From the NCBI RefSeq assembly GCF_030028105.1, contig NC_092394.1, positions 43,254,477 through 43,318,476 on the forward strand: a stretch of DNA of 64,000 bases, read 5' to 3'. This document shows positions 13,401-27,297 of the stretch, in pieces. Below the pieces are notes generated by a model. It did not search any database. It was not told the origin of the DNA and was given only the letters and a program-made list of their open reading frames with translations. Source of the stretch: Mobula birostris (lineage: Eukaryota). A program made the translations under genes and the position numbers. Numbering within the stretch: the stretch's first letter is position 1; each line of letters begins with the position of its first letter.

Positions 13401-14044
13401 CAGGCTATTAAAATGCTGTAAGAATGGGAATATGGCTCAGAGGAAGGGCAGGACTTAATATTCCAGGCATGTTCAGGAAGAGAGAAAGGCATGGGATAAC
13501 AGTGCAAAGGAGTGTAACACGGGGAAGCAAACTGACATTTCGAGGCCTGCTCTGTAACGTAATGAGCTGAGCAGCCAGATACATATTGGATGCGGACTCT
13601 TGGCTTCACGCCAGCCGCAGCTGCCAAATCTAGTGCAGTCCCCCTCGATGGAAAGGAGCAGTGACCTGCATTAAAAAGGTAAGTGGGAATAAGTGGGTTG
13701 CTGCTTTAATGCTAACAATTTTAAACCACTTCTGTCAATTATATGTGCCTTTAAGTGCATTTTTATTAATAACATGCAATTAATTTTCAACTGTTTCTAA
13801 ATTTCTCTGTGCAAAGGCACTTACAAACAGTGAGAAGACTTGGCAGCAAGAGCTATCTGGAGACCAGCAGTTTGCTGACAGGGCTTTATGTCTCTGTCGT
13901 AGGGGCCTTGTCTGTGCCTTAGAGCCACTCCATGTCCCAGAACAATGACAACAGGAACACTAGCAATCATTGGAAGCTGATACAGAGGACAGCGTGAGGT
14001 CTGAGCTGGTCTAGCACATTTCAGTCCATGGCTGTGCCAGAGCA

Positions 14045-14600
14045 ATTAGAATTAGAATCGGTTTATTATAGTCACATGTACTGAGATGCAAAGATTTTCT
14101 TGTATGTTGTTCATGCAGATCGGATCATGGCACAGGGCATTGAGGTAGATCAAGATAAAATATTAACAATGCAGAATATACCATAACAACTACTGAGAAA
14201 GTTCAGTGCAGGTCAAAGGGGCAAGATCATAACAACGCAGATTGTGAAGTCAAGAGTTTTACTTATTGTACTAAAGAATGATTGAATAGATTATATCAGT
14301 GGGGTAGAAGCCTAGTGGCACATACTGACAAACTTTTGGATCTACTGCCCATGGAAGAGGTGGGTGGGGTCTTTGATTATGCAGGCAGCCTTACTGAGGC
14401 AGTAAGTCAAATAGACAGTTCCTTGGAGGGGAGGCTGTTTTCTATAATATGCTGAGCTGTGTCCACAACGTTCTGCAGGTTGTGGCAGTCACAGGGAGGT
14501 CAATTGCCACACCAAGCAATGATACACCCAGATACGATGTTTCCTATAGTGCCTCAGTAAAGGTTGGTAAGGATCAATGGGGACATGACAAAGTTCTTGA
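14045..14600 (-). mobile_element. Rex1-type 3' fragment
   Basis: tandem tail and aataaa on the minus strand; decayed RT C-terminus. Confidence 0.65.
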
Positions 14601-16760
14601 TCCTCCCGAGTAAATAACTTTGAAAAGTCAGGTACAAAATCCATTTAGTGAGAGCTGAGAAGCAAGAAAGTAGTTACCAGTATTTCTCAGAGCACTTCAT
14701 GAGCTGGCAAATAATGAGAGAAGGATAAAGGAGGAAGCTGGTGGAGAAAGTCCAGTACTGTGTGAGAGCCATTGAGCGATGATACTGAGGGACATACAGC
14801 AAATCACTCAGTTTTTGGTTGGAACCATTCCAGAGTACAAGACAAAAACAGAGAGGATCTTCCCAACTACTTTTAGGAGAACTTCCTTAACAAGACATTT
14901 CCCAGTGGTTCTGGAGATTGAGATGGGTCAAGTGGAGGACTGTAGAGATCACTGATTATTAGGTTTGGATTAAGAGTAGAAAGGGGTACAGAGATACAAG
15001 TAGATTAAGGCTGTTTAGGAAATCATAGGGCCATGCATTATGGTTGGGTAGCAATGTGGATATGAAGTTGGCTTACAGGCAGACACCAGAAGTTAGTAGT
15101 AAATGGTAGTGCACAGAGTGAAACTTAGGTATTTACATAGCAAATAAAGCTTAGAAGTGTGGAATACAATGAAAGGGATAGCAATAGACAGCAGGAAGAC
15201 ATAGGTTGGCTGAATGGGCATACCAGTACCAGGTACAATTAAACAGAGTAAGTGTACAATGATATATCTTGGTAGTATGAATAGGGAATGTAACATGGTG
15301 TGAGGGGCAAGGAGGAAAAGAGACATATATCCGCAAATCCATGCACATGGGGGGGGTTAATAAAGTCAAGAATTTATGGGATTCCTAAAAAGAGATGTGG
15401 AGTACAGAAATGGGCAGTTCTGCGGATTCTGTACAGAACATGTTCAGAATTAGGAGAATCCCATCCAGCTCTGGTCAGCATATTTCAGAAAGGATATAAA
15501 GGTCTTAGAGAAGATGCTGAAAAAAGTTACTTGGATGATCCTGAAGAAGGGTGTCAGTCTGAAAGACTGACTGTTTATTAATTTCCATGGATGCTGCCTG
15601 ACCTGCAGAGTTCCACCAGCATTTTGAGTTCATTACTAGGATGAGGGATTTCAAGTAGATTGGAGTCATAGAGTTATAGAGAACAGAAACAGTTCCTGTG
15701 GCCCACACTGCATATACCAACCATCAAGCATTCCCTTGTACTAATCAGCACAGGCCCACAGCCATCAACATCTTAGTGATTTAACTGCTGTTCCAGATCC
15801 TACTTATGTGCTTTGAGAGGACCTGTCTCCACCATACTTTGCAGGCACTGTATTCCAGATTAAAATCACCCTCTTGGTGAAAGTAGTTTTTCTCAGATCC
15901 TCTCCATCTTACTCCTCACTTTAAACCAGTGCCCCAATGCCTTTAAAATATGCATCAGACCCCTCTCCAGGACCTCTCTCCATGTCTCCAAGGAAGACAT
16001 TTCACAACTGAAATGCTCCATCCCAACATCTCAGTAAAACTCTCTTGCATCATCTCCAGCACAATCACAGCCTTCCTACAGTGAGATGGCCAGACTTACA
16101 CACAATACTCTAGCTATGTCCTCAGCAAAGTTTCTGAAAGCTGTACCATTAACAACACACTTTTACATTCTGTGACAATGCTAATGAAAATCTGCACTCT
16201 ATGGGGCTTCTTCACCATGTTATCTAGCAGCTTTGGAGAATTATGGACTTGTACACCAAGGTCTCTCCATTCCACAATACAGTACTCCTAAAAGCCTTTA
16301 TTAGACATCACCTCATATTCGTTTTGTTTAAATTTTACCTGTCATTGCTCTGACCAATTTACCAGTTAATCAATATTGTTTTATCACCAAAATCTACTCT
16401 CCTCACCATCAACAATTGTTTTCCTCCTTGGGGCAAAGAAAGTTGTTCAGGGATATAATGAAGTGGACAATACAAAAACTGGTTCAGATAGAGGGAAGGT
16501 GTTCCAATTAATCAATGGTCAATTGTGCTTGGAACACATTTAAAGTTACTGGCAAAAGGTAAGGACTTTGAGGGAACAACATAGTTAGGATTTAGAATTC
16601 ATTGTCTATGAGACTAGTGAAAAATCAAATCAATGTCTTCAAAAAGTGTATGGATAAAATCTCATACAAATGGCTGGTTAGCAAAATTAAAAGGAAAGGC
16701 CATAACAATTCCTTAATTCAGTGTGGAACCAGCTGCAAAGATTTACCTTCATACAAGAAA
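14600..16760 (+). mobile_element. Old CR1 (plus) containing a PLE and an antisense CR1 (~15667-16415)
   Basis: degenerate RT motifs continue across the nested insertions. Confidence 0.65.
15539..15632 (+). mobile_element. Short PLE 3'-end insertion inside a CR1
   Basis: begins tcctgaagaaggg; TSD ttacttggatga / ttactaggatga. Confidence 0.75.
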
Positions 16761-19700
16761 TTCCATAACAGCACAGTTAACTTCAGATGTGACTATTCAG
16801 CCTTTTTAAGAATCAGAAGTCACTTATACCTAAACACAGTTTATATCTAACCATTTTACCTAAAAAAATACACATTTTGTAGCACATACACTAGTCATTT
16901 GAGGACTGACACGTCTACTGACCATTTCAGCTTGTCCTTTTTTTTTATTACAAATTGACCACAACTTGATTACCAATTAGCCACATACAACCAGAAGTTA
17001 AATTGCAGGGTGGCAGTCTAGTTTCTTGGATTAGCTGCAACCATTGTGTTTGAATACAGCAGCTCATCCTGTCTTACCAGAGCTCTTTCTGTTACATTGC
17101 TGGCAAGTTCTCAAATATTGATCACTAGGAAGAGAACATCTTCAAGCAATGCACTCAAACATTAACACTTTCTGAAGAGGAGGAATTATCTATTGTGTCA
17201 CTGTGGTAAGTATTTTCCCATGTTTACAGTCTTGTGGAACTTGGCCTTGTGTAAAACACTGGGGGCATGTTTGCCAGTCAAAATGCAGCCATTCATTCTC
17301 TTTTTGACACTTGAGTTAATGTATATTATGTGCAGGCTTATTGTTAACCATTTGATTATCACTGAGTTTCATGCATTAAGAAAGAAAGCAGCGTCCACTG
17401 CTTGGTGGTGGTATTTTCCCAGACAGTTAAACTGGTATGGAACGACTTGCTTCCCATGTTGGTTTGGTTACAAGTGTATGCAGGGTAAACGTTCTGAAAT
17501 GCTCTGGGCTTTGTTGTGCTACTGAGCTAAGTTTTTTTTTCCCAAATGTAGGATGTGTGCAGCCAAATCCTGCTGAAATTGTGCATTGCACTGTACTCTG
17601 CCCCGACTGGTCTTTGTATAAAGCAGCAGGAACACCAGATAGTCATGCTTAGTACCTGCCTTACAAGACTTCCCGTGACACAATCAGATTTCATGGATTC
17701 AAGTGAATGATCGAGCATTCGAGTGAATTTGCAATGTGTCTCTATCTCCAACATAGACAGTACAACCAGAAAAGCTCAGCATAGGTGCCAAAATTAATTT
17801 TAATTACCAGTTGTTCATACCTACAGTGGATTGACTTTTAAACATATACTTTAGTAGAGGCTGAATAAGGCAGCCAGACATCTCCCTTTCACCTCAAAGG
17901 AATCCAATCCAGACAGAAAGAACCAATCCTCATTTTTGTCTGAGTATCCTTCTGTGTGACAGTTTTCTATTTTAGAGGCTCCATTATGACAAGTCACTGT
18001 TGTAATTAGCAGTCAGGATCCTGTCAATGAGTAAGCCTGCTGAGACTTGGATCTCAAACACGAACAGCTTGTGACCTTGTCTGTGTTAACAGTAAACGCC
18101 AATGTATCTCAGTGAGGATGCACTGGTAGTTTCAGAAGGAAAGTCTAGATTTTGCAGCACTGTCTTTGTCCCTCCAATGGCCCTTTGCTATTTATTCCAA
18201 GACTTCTGAGCATGTGGCTGGCAGCTTCCTGGTGGCATTACCAGAACTACAGGGATTTTCTCCCCGCGCGGGGGTCAGGAATGTAGCTGCGATGCCACAC
18301 TTCAGTGACAGCCTAAATGATTTTGCAGACTCCCATCGGGCTTGTTACAATGCCACCGGTAAGCTCCAGTCAACATAGCCACTGTAACATTAAAATTCCT
18401 TCAATATTCCTGCAACACAGGTTGTGATGGTGTTTCTCATTCCCAATGAGAATAGAGCTTAAAGGTGAGATGTACTTGAGTTTGCAAAAGGAATAGTTAT
18501 CTATTCATTTTCAATAGAAGTCAGGAGCCAACAGAACCATATCCACCCACTCAAACTCAGAAAATGTAAACCAGAACTGCAGTGAAAGGCACTTTCTGTT
18601 TCTCAGGCATACTGTCTTGGACAAAGAAAGAAGGGACATCACCCCACGCCCACATGTGATATTTTGGAACATGAGTGCTTAATCCTGACACTAGGCACAA
18701 AATATTTATTATTTTCCCTCTGACTAGGTTTGTAAAACAACACCTGCTGTTTTTCCAAGTCATCAGTTCAGGAACATTCAGTTCTGTGCCATTTAGCTAA
18801 CAACTGATACCATCCCACACCATAATCACTACTGGTATCTCAATTTTGAATGTTGGAGCAGATTTATATACGCATACCATGTATTCAGTTTCATGACTTG
18901 AATTTACAAAATATTTCATTGATATTATATTACATTATTAGGCTCCTCCTGCTCCATTGAGTCAGAGCAGAGCAGAAACAAATTATTGATTGGCGACCTC
19001 ATTCTCATTAGCACAACTTGAAGGGTGTGATTAAGACCAAGTGGAAGACCTGGGCTTTGGCACGTGGAGGCAGGAAAGCAGAATACCAAGATTTGGAAGT
19101 AGAAAGTGGATCATGAGGAAAAGGACGTGCATTTGGAAGGAGGTTTGCTGAACCCCAAGCAGAAACCTGGGTAAAACAGGGGAATTGGCCAATCATCTTG
19201 TGTGCATTGTGACTTGCAATCAAATCACATCTGATGAACCTCAACTCTCTTTGTGGATCCTTTTCCTTGTTTTCAGATCAGGATATCTTTACACTTTGAC
19301 CTCTGGATCACTGGATTGGAGCCTTGAAGATCTCTACTGACTCAGTGCCCACTGGTTTTTGAGGAAACAGATTTCTAGGAGGATTGGAAACCCAACAGGA
19401 TGAAGATATGCAAATGGTAAAGTGGCTAACAGGAGACTTCACAGAATACTTACATCACAACATAAGAGCATGAAATTGCTTATTATGGAACAGATGGTCA
19501 TTCAGCCCATCTTGTACACGAGTACCAACAGAGCAACATAGACACTAGAGACAACAGATGCTGGAATCACAAAGGAGCAATCCCAGCAGTCCCATTTCCC
19601 ATTTTTCTTCTTCCACAGGACTGCAACCTATTCCTTATAACACCCCCTCAGCACTCTAGTTAATCCACCGGCATCTATGAAATGAGGGAGTCAGCAGAGC

Positions 19701-20964
19701 ATCTGGGGGAAAACCACTCAGTCAGAAAGAGAATGTACAACCTCCAGATACTGGGTCCAAGGTCAAGATGAGGCAACAATACTGTGTAGTACAGTGCTAA
19801 CATTTGTGGCTCCTGCTGGTTTCTAGGGCAAGAGTAATCAAATTAATCCCACCCACCTCCCAAAGTTCTGCTTTTTGTCCTTTTCATACATGTTCAGTTT
19901 GCTTTGAAAACTGTGATCGAATCTGCCTCCACTACTGCATTTGGCTCAAGCAATCACTCACTTTTTCCTCATATCTCTTTCTGCTAGTCACCTTAATTTT
20001 CTTTCTCCTGGGGTTCTTGTTGCTCCACAATGGAACAATATCTTTACTCCCAGGTCAACCAGGGAGTTCAATTTCAATTGGCCCCTGTCAGAGAAATATA
20101 TATACCTAGATTCCACTTGATCCATCAACGGCACACCAGATCTGTTATCATTTCATTGAAATCAGCCCTCCTCCAACTGACCATTTTAACTTCCAGTTGC
20201 CTACATCTGTATCTGTAGCTATTTGAAACCATGTGACCTCTGATCCCTCTATTGACACCAACTTCATCGGGCCTATCACTTCCCCAGAACTACAAAGCCA
20301 TCTTCCTCACTGAGACAGAGGCATAGCAGTTGAAAACATTCTTCCCAAGACACTTCAAACATTCATCCCTACTTTGGGAAGAATATGACAAATGGGACTT
20401 GGAAATGAGTGGAAAACAGGAGCAGGAATGAGGAGCTTAAGTAGAGATGGGCAAAGAGAGGTAATAATAAAGGGGATTATTATTACTGCTCAGTGAGAAG
20501 GGTTATTAACAAGATGAAGTGCTCACAGGACAGGCAAAGTGAATGGATGTTCAGGAACTGGGCTACTGTGGAAGAGAAACAAGAGGAGACAACAGGATAG
20601 TGGGCACACAGAAACAGAGGGCAATGAACTCTTGAAGTTGAAAACCCAGGACGGTCTGGAAAACAGGGCAAAACAGGGGAAAAGGAACTTGAAGGACAAT
20701 AGATGACCCCAGCAGATTTATAGGTGAAGCATTGCCTCACTTGTGAAGGTGAAGCGTTAACTTACTTTAGGAAAGTTGGGAAGGAATGAAGATAGACAAA
20801 TGGTAATGGTGAAGAAGAATAGAAAACTGAAGCCAAAGATAATGAAGTTGACAGAAAACCTGAAAGATGAAGGCTGGAGGATGAAGACGTGAATATCTCA
20901 GGATTATTGCACGGTTGGTGCAAAGAAAAAGTGAGATCTTACAGAATAACAGCTGCGGATCAAA

Positions 20965-22875
20965 GTTAAACATTCAGGGTATATTTATTATTGAAGTATA
21001 AGTACGGTATAGTACCATTTACTACCTTGAGATTTGGGCACTCAGGAAAATAAAGAAATACAATAAATTTAAGAAGAACTACACATAAACAAAGACTGAC
21101 AAACAACAAAAAGACAAATTGTGCAATTTTTTTAAAAATCTGAGAACAAGTTGTAAAGAATCCTTGAAAGTGGGTTTATAGGTTGACAAGTTCAGATTTC
21201 TGGTGAGTTAAGTTATCCACAGCCTTTCAGCAGCCTGCTAGTTGCAGGGTAATAACTTCTCCTGAACCTAGCCCTGTAGGACCCAAGGCTTCTGTACCTC
21301 CTGCCCAATGAGAGTAGTGAGAAGAAGGCCTGGCTAGATGGTGGGGTCCTTGATGATGGGTGTGCTTTCTTTTGGCAGCACTCTATGTAAATGTGCTCAA
21401 TGGTGGGGAGGACTTTGTGATAGATAGGGTTGTATCCACCACTTCCAATATCTCTGATTTATAGTAATTCTCCCATTTTCTCTTTTTCCGTTCCTCATTT
21501 TAACTCTCTTTTCCTCAACTGTCCATCACCTTTCTCCTCCTCCCTTTTCTGCCACTGAGGTCCACTCTCCTCTCCTATCAGATTCCTTCTTCTTCAGTCA
21601 TTTTTCTCTTCTACCTTTCACCTTCCAACTCCTCACTTCATTCTCCCTCCCCACCCACCCACTTACCCCCTCACCTGGCTTTACCTATCACCTACCAGTT
21701 TGTACTCCTTCCTCTTCCCCCATCTTCTTATTCTGGCTTCTTCCCACTTTCTTAACAGTCCCAATGAAGGATTTTAACCAATTTTTACATGAGCATAATC
21801 AAGAGTGCCCTGGCCAGCTGAGTCACCTTCTTCTATGGGAAATGTAAGGTATCTGACCGCAAGATCATACAAAGGATTGGGAGAACTGCTGGGAGGATTA
21901 TCGGAACCTCTTTGCCATCCATCAGACATATTTATCAGGAGTGCTGCAATGCCTTAGCATTGCAGCCCTTAATATTGTCAATGATCCCTCCCATCATTGA
22001 TCCCTTGCTATTAGGCAGGAGGTACTGTAACATTAGAACTGTTAGGACTAATAAGCCCATAAAACTACTGAACTCCCCAGGATCATTATACTATTTACAT
22101 TTTAACTTGTGTCACAAATACACCTTATTATTTCTCAATTTATTTGTGGTAATATAACTTAATGTGTTACACGTGTGAGTTACATGTACTGTGTGGTGCA
22201 ACTTGGTCTGGACAAATGTTGTTTCGTTTGGCAGTATACATATGTCAGGTTGAATGACAATAAACTTGAACTTAAACTTAAAACATTGACTGTTTATTCC
22301 TCTCCAAAAATGCTGCCTGATCTGCTGTGGCCCTCTGGTATTTTGTGTGCGTTGCTCTAAATTTCCAGCATTTGCAAAATCTTGCATTTGTGATTCGCTG
22401 CACCACTTTCTGCAGCCTTTTCTGTTCCTGGGCATTGGTGTTTCCATATCAGGTTGGGATGCAACCAGTTCCCTGTGCATCAATGGAAGTTTATGGAAGT
22501 TTTTGGTGACATGCGAAATCTACGCAGACTTCTAAGAAAGTGGAGGTGCTGTTGTCATCTCTTTATGATGGTACTTCCATGCTGGTCCCAGGACAGATCC
22601 TCTGACATGATAATGCCAAGGAATTTAAAGGTACTGACCTTCTTTACCTCCAATCCCCTCATGAGGACTGGCTCCAGGAACTCTAGTTTTTTCTCTTGCA
22701 GTCAATTGTCAGCTCCTTGGTTTTGGCTGACATTGAGTGAGAGGTCGTTGCTACGGCACCACTCAACCAGATTTTCATCTCCCTCCCATATGCCAATTTG
22801 TCACACCATTTGATTCAGCCAACAAGTGAGGTTATCAGAAAACTTAAATATGGCATTGGGGCTGTACTTGGCCAC
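20965..22875 (-). mobile_element. Rex1-type fragment hosting nested PLE and Rex1 insertions
   Basis: Rex1 3' UTR at the left end; RT remnant resumes at ~22395. Confidence 0.7.
21440..22392 (+). mobile_element. PLE 3' end split by a Rex1 fragment (~21780-22280) inserted in its hammerhead
   Basis: pyrimidine-rich PLE tail ends cagtcccaatgaagg; resumes aaacattgactg...tgctgcctga. Confidence 0.7.
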
Positions 22876-22899
22876 TCTTGGGGTTGGTGGAATAAGACT

Positions 22900-24635
22900 A
22901 TCAAACAATACAGCGGGATTTAAATCAGGTACAGACAAGGCAAAGAAGTGGGATATGGAGTTTATTCTGGGCAAGTGTGAGGTACCACACTTTGGGAGGT
23001 CAAATGAAAGGAGAAAGTACGCAGTTAATGGTAAACCCCTTAATAGCATTGAGCTACAGAGAAATCTTGGATTCCAGGTTCACAACTCACTGATGGTAAC
23101 AATGCAAGTTGAGTTGGTAAGGTGGTGAAGGTGGTATATGGCAGTGTTGGTAGGGGCACTGAGTACAAGAGGAAGTAATTCATGCTGTAGCTATATAAAA
23201 CTTCAGTCAGACCACAGTTGAAGATCTTGTCATATAGGAAGAATCTGCAGAGGGTGTAGAATAAGTTTACCATTCTGTGAGAGAATCAGGGTATTCAACT
23301 TGGTCTTCTCTACCATTTGATCATGGCTGATTTATTTCCCCTTTCATTCCCTTTCTCCTGCCTTCTCCCCAAAGCCTTTGACCCCCTTATTGATCAATCA
23401 AGAACCTCTGAACCTCTGATGTGGAGTCCTCTGATCCAAGACTATTGGAAACATCCTTTCCATGTCCACTCTATCAAAGTCTTTCAATTCTTCCACGCCC
23501 TAGTGAATAAAGGTCCAGAGTCATCAAACACTTGTCATATTAACCCTTTCATTCCCAGGATCAATCTTGTAAACCTCCTCTGGACCCTCACAAATGCCAG
23601 CACATCCTTTCTAGGTATGGGGCTCCAAATGTGACCTGATGAATGCCGTGTAAAGCATCAGCATTACATCCCTGCTTTTATATTCCTGTTCTCATGAAAT
23701 CAAAGCTAGCATTGTTTTTGCCTTCCGTCCTACCAACTCAACCTGCAAGTTAACCTTTAGGGAATACTGCAGTAGGACTCAAGTCTCTTTGCACCTCTGA
23801 TATCTGAATTCCCTACCCCTCCCCATTTAGAAAGTAGTCTATACCTTTATTCCTTCTACCAAAGTGCAAGATCATACATTTCTCTGCGTGGCATTCCATC
23901 TGCCACATTTTTGCCCATTCTCCTAATCTGTCCAAGTCCTTCTCCCCTGCTTCGTCAACAGTACCTGCCCCTCCACCTCTCTTTGTATTAGTTGCAAACC
24001 TAGCCACACAAGATGCCACCTGGATTACAAAATATGAACTATAAGGAAAGGTTGGATAAACCTGGGTTATTCTGCCTAGAATGTCAGAGACTAAGGTGAG
24101 ACTTCTAAAATTATGAGAGGTATAGATAGATATAGCTGGCCAGAGGTGTAGTGGCATCCATAATGGACTTTGAGGTGAGTAATCCCGGGTTCAAATCTGG
24201 CCAGCTCCTTGCAAGCTTTCCATCCATGCTGGGGTGACCGTCAGGCTAGCAACTCAGCCTCGTAGAACCAGACAAAAAGGAAAAAGGGAACAGCAAGAAT
24301 ACTGCCTGATGCACCAAACAAGGTGCGGAAAGGAACTCAATAGATAGACATAGATACCCCAAGGTAGAAATGTCAAACATATGGGTTTAAAGTTAGAAGG
24401 TTGAAGTTTAAAGGTGACATGGCAGTCAAGTACTTTTTATATATGTAGATAGTGGTAGGTGCTAGGAACAGTGTGAAATTGGAATCGGGTAGTCTGATGG
24501 GGTTTAAAAGCTTTCAGAGATACAAGAATCGAAAGGAATGGAGCGAGGAGGACAGACAGTATAAATTGACATCAAGGTCAGTGCAACATTGTGGGCCAAA
24601 TGGCCTGTCTAGTGCTGTGTTGTCCTATGCTCCAA
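22900..24635 (+). mobile_element. CR1 3' region with nested antisense CR1 (~23275-24015) and a tRNA-head SINE (~24140-24340)
   Basis: KWDMEFILGKCEVPHFGRSN; nested DLDRLGEWAKMWQMECHAEKC. Confidence 0.75.
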
Positions 24636-26068
24636 GAACCTTGAGGCTTTTAAACCAATACATCAAAAGTGGCAATGAATGCACTTGAGAGTCTGAGCAG
24701 AGTCTTATAGCAGCAAGTGATTCAAGTGTAAGGACTGGAGCTGAACCACGATTCTCTGCTGCTTCATCCCGAGGTCAGTTCACTCACATTACTGGAGCTT
24801 TCCATTGGGACAGACTTACGATGTTACCAGGTGGAGCTCAATATCCGTTAATAGCCTCATTTATAATCTGAACAGCACTTGTCTCTGCTTTAGGCTTTGA
24901 TGGATGAATTCAGACCAGGCAACAATGATGAAGCTCTCTGCTCATCGATGCTTTAAGCACTTACCATGCACAAGCTCCTCAAATTAATTTAATGGGATTT
25001 TGACAGTCAGTAAAACTGCGTTTGTAAATTAATTAACAGATACATTTTGGAACTAAATACACCAGCTTTCCACTCAACGAGCAAATTGAAAATGGTGTAA
25101 AATTCATTTTAATATTTAAAATAATTTATTACTTGAATGCAATCTAACCAAAGGATTCAGATGGTTTACACAGAATGAATCTTTGAGACAGATGTAGCTT
25201 GGGATCTAAATGAGAGATATGGGTGGTTACAGGTAGAATAACCTTCCTCTGACTGGAACCTAAGCTAAAGATTATATAATTTACATATAGGTTGCAAGTT
25301 GCAATTGAATTAAAGAATTTAAGATAGTTTATACTTGAGTTATGGATTCTTGGAAATGGTTTGTAGGCGGAGATCTAATATGGGAGTTTCTCATACAGCT
25401 GCCTTGTCTATTTCTACAAACATTAAACTATTCAAAATATGTAGAAATTCAAGCCACTTACAGTACAATGACTCTGCCATGGCATCTCATCTGGATTACC
25501 AGCTACTAGAAAACAACATGAAGTTATTTAATAAACGCAATGCTTCTGTGGCAAATAGCCCAAAGTGAAAATTTGCCATTCAGATCAGCAAAACCCCAGC
25601 GTACATTCTCACGGAAACTTCAGCTATGCCGGTGCTGCACAGGTGCAATTTACTGCAGTACTGCAGGGTAGAAAGAGCAGAGCACCCATTCTCACTGATT
25701 GGCCAGTGAAGTTCATGATCATCTCGTACCTGAGAGGATCGGACCGAGTAGTGACAGGGATCCACCTCACCCTCCTCATGCAGTAAGTTCAGTCAGTACC
25801 CCTTTATCCTGCAGTTATGAAATCTGAGATACAGAACCCAAATCATCCTCATTAAAACCACTGCAATGTTTCCACCTGGTAGACTGTACAGTTTGCATCT
25901 TGCAGACACAAACCTGGCGCAACTAGTGGGGGAGTAGCGAAGACAAATTGGCACAGAGTTCAAAGAGGAACTAGGTCAATGGTTGAAAAGAAAATAGTTA
26001 AGAGCTATGGATATAGGACAGGGGACGGCTTCCCGCACTGTTCTTGTAAGGAATTGACATGCTGTATA

Positions 26069-26625
26069 CACTCAGTGGCCATTTCATTAGGTACCTCCTG
26101 TATCTAATAAAGTGGTCACTGAGTGTATGTTCGCTGTCTTCCGCTGCTGTAGCCCATCCACTTCAAGGTCCAACAAGTCATGTGTTCAGAGATGCTCTTC
26201 TGCACACCACTGTTGTAATATGTGGTTATTTGAGTTATTGTCACCTTCCTGTCAGCTTGAACAACCTGGCCACCCTCCTCCAAACTCTCTCATTAACAAG
26301 TGTTTTCGCCCACAGAACTACCACTCACTGTATGTTTTTATTTTTCACATCATTCTTTGTAAATTCTAGAGACTTGTGTGTGAACATCCAGGTAATCAGC
26401 AGTTTCTGAGATACTCAAACCACCCTGTCTGGCACCAACAATCATTCCACAGTCAAAGTCACTTAAATCAAAATTCTTCTCCATTCTGATGTTTGGTCTG
26501 AACAATTGAACCTCTTGACTATGCCTGCATGCTTTTATGCATTGAGTTGCTACCACATGATTGTCTAATTAGATATTTGCATTAACGAGGTGTACAGGTG
26601 TACCTAATAAAGTGGCCACTGAGTG
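26069..26625 (-). mobile_element. Non-autonomous Tc1-like element
   Basis: TIRs cactcagtggcc...; TA TSDs; paired-type HTH remnant DLSDFDCGMIVGARQGGLSISETAD. Confidence 0.9.
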
Positions 26626-27259
26626 TAGGACTTGGGAGGAATGGTATCATCCGTGTCAGATACTTAGGGAGTGCTGTCAAGCAAGTGGCAGATCAAAGAT
26701 GACCTGCACATCTGCCAGATCAGGAGATCCAGAAAAGGTTAATTGACTCTTTTATTTGACGAAACATGATGCATACTAGAAGTACTCTACAGATTACAGC
26801 ATCCCAGGCACGTCTAACTCTCATTCTGCACAAGACCCACAACATTTAGAACATCACGAACAGGGCTATTCATAATCACCTTGAATATATACCAGAAAAG
26901 GTCCAGCTTCAATAAGCATTATTGATTACTGACCACTCCTGCATTGCATAGGTGGATACATGTGAGATCAGACTCGCTTGGAATGTTTGCCACAATCCAA
27001 TAGCCTATCGAAACTGGCTAGACTTGCACATGCAGATCAGCCACTTAGTGGAACATGGGAAGAGAGTGGCTAACAGCACAGTATCTTGGAGGTCAGAAAA
27101 CTGATTGTGAAAAAGCTGCAACATCGGGCTACCTGCTTAATGATTTGTTTGATGTGGTAATGCTGCCCTCTGCTGGATTTCTACGGGATTTGTCAGGACT
27201 ATTATACACACAGCATTCATTCCTCGCTACACACATCAAAGTTGCTGGTGAATGAGGTA

Positions 27260-27297
27260 CAGTCGATGTTTCAGGCCGAGACCCTTCGTCAGGACTA
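27260..27297 (-). ncRNA. PLE hammerhead, variant (GAAAC-ATC)
   Basis: CTGACGA and GAAA intact; cleavage triplet is ATC. Confidence 0.6.

Noticed and set aside
13590-13690. Plus-strand consensus donor AAG|GTAAGT at ~13678
   Set aside because: No supportable acceptor or coding frame; isolated motif.
15660-16760. Apparent twin or inverted CR1 (also 23275-24635)
   Set aside because: The plus-strand CR1 continues collinearly on both sides; simple nesting.
24140-24200. tRNA gene
   Set aside because: Degenerate tRNA-derived SINE head without a complete cloverleaf.
25804-25823. Alternative HIP1 terminal exon (DFITAG*)
   Set aside because: Phase-compatible, but weaker acceptor and no similarity to the HIP1 C-terminus; not excluded without RNA data.
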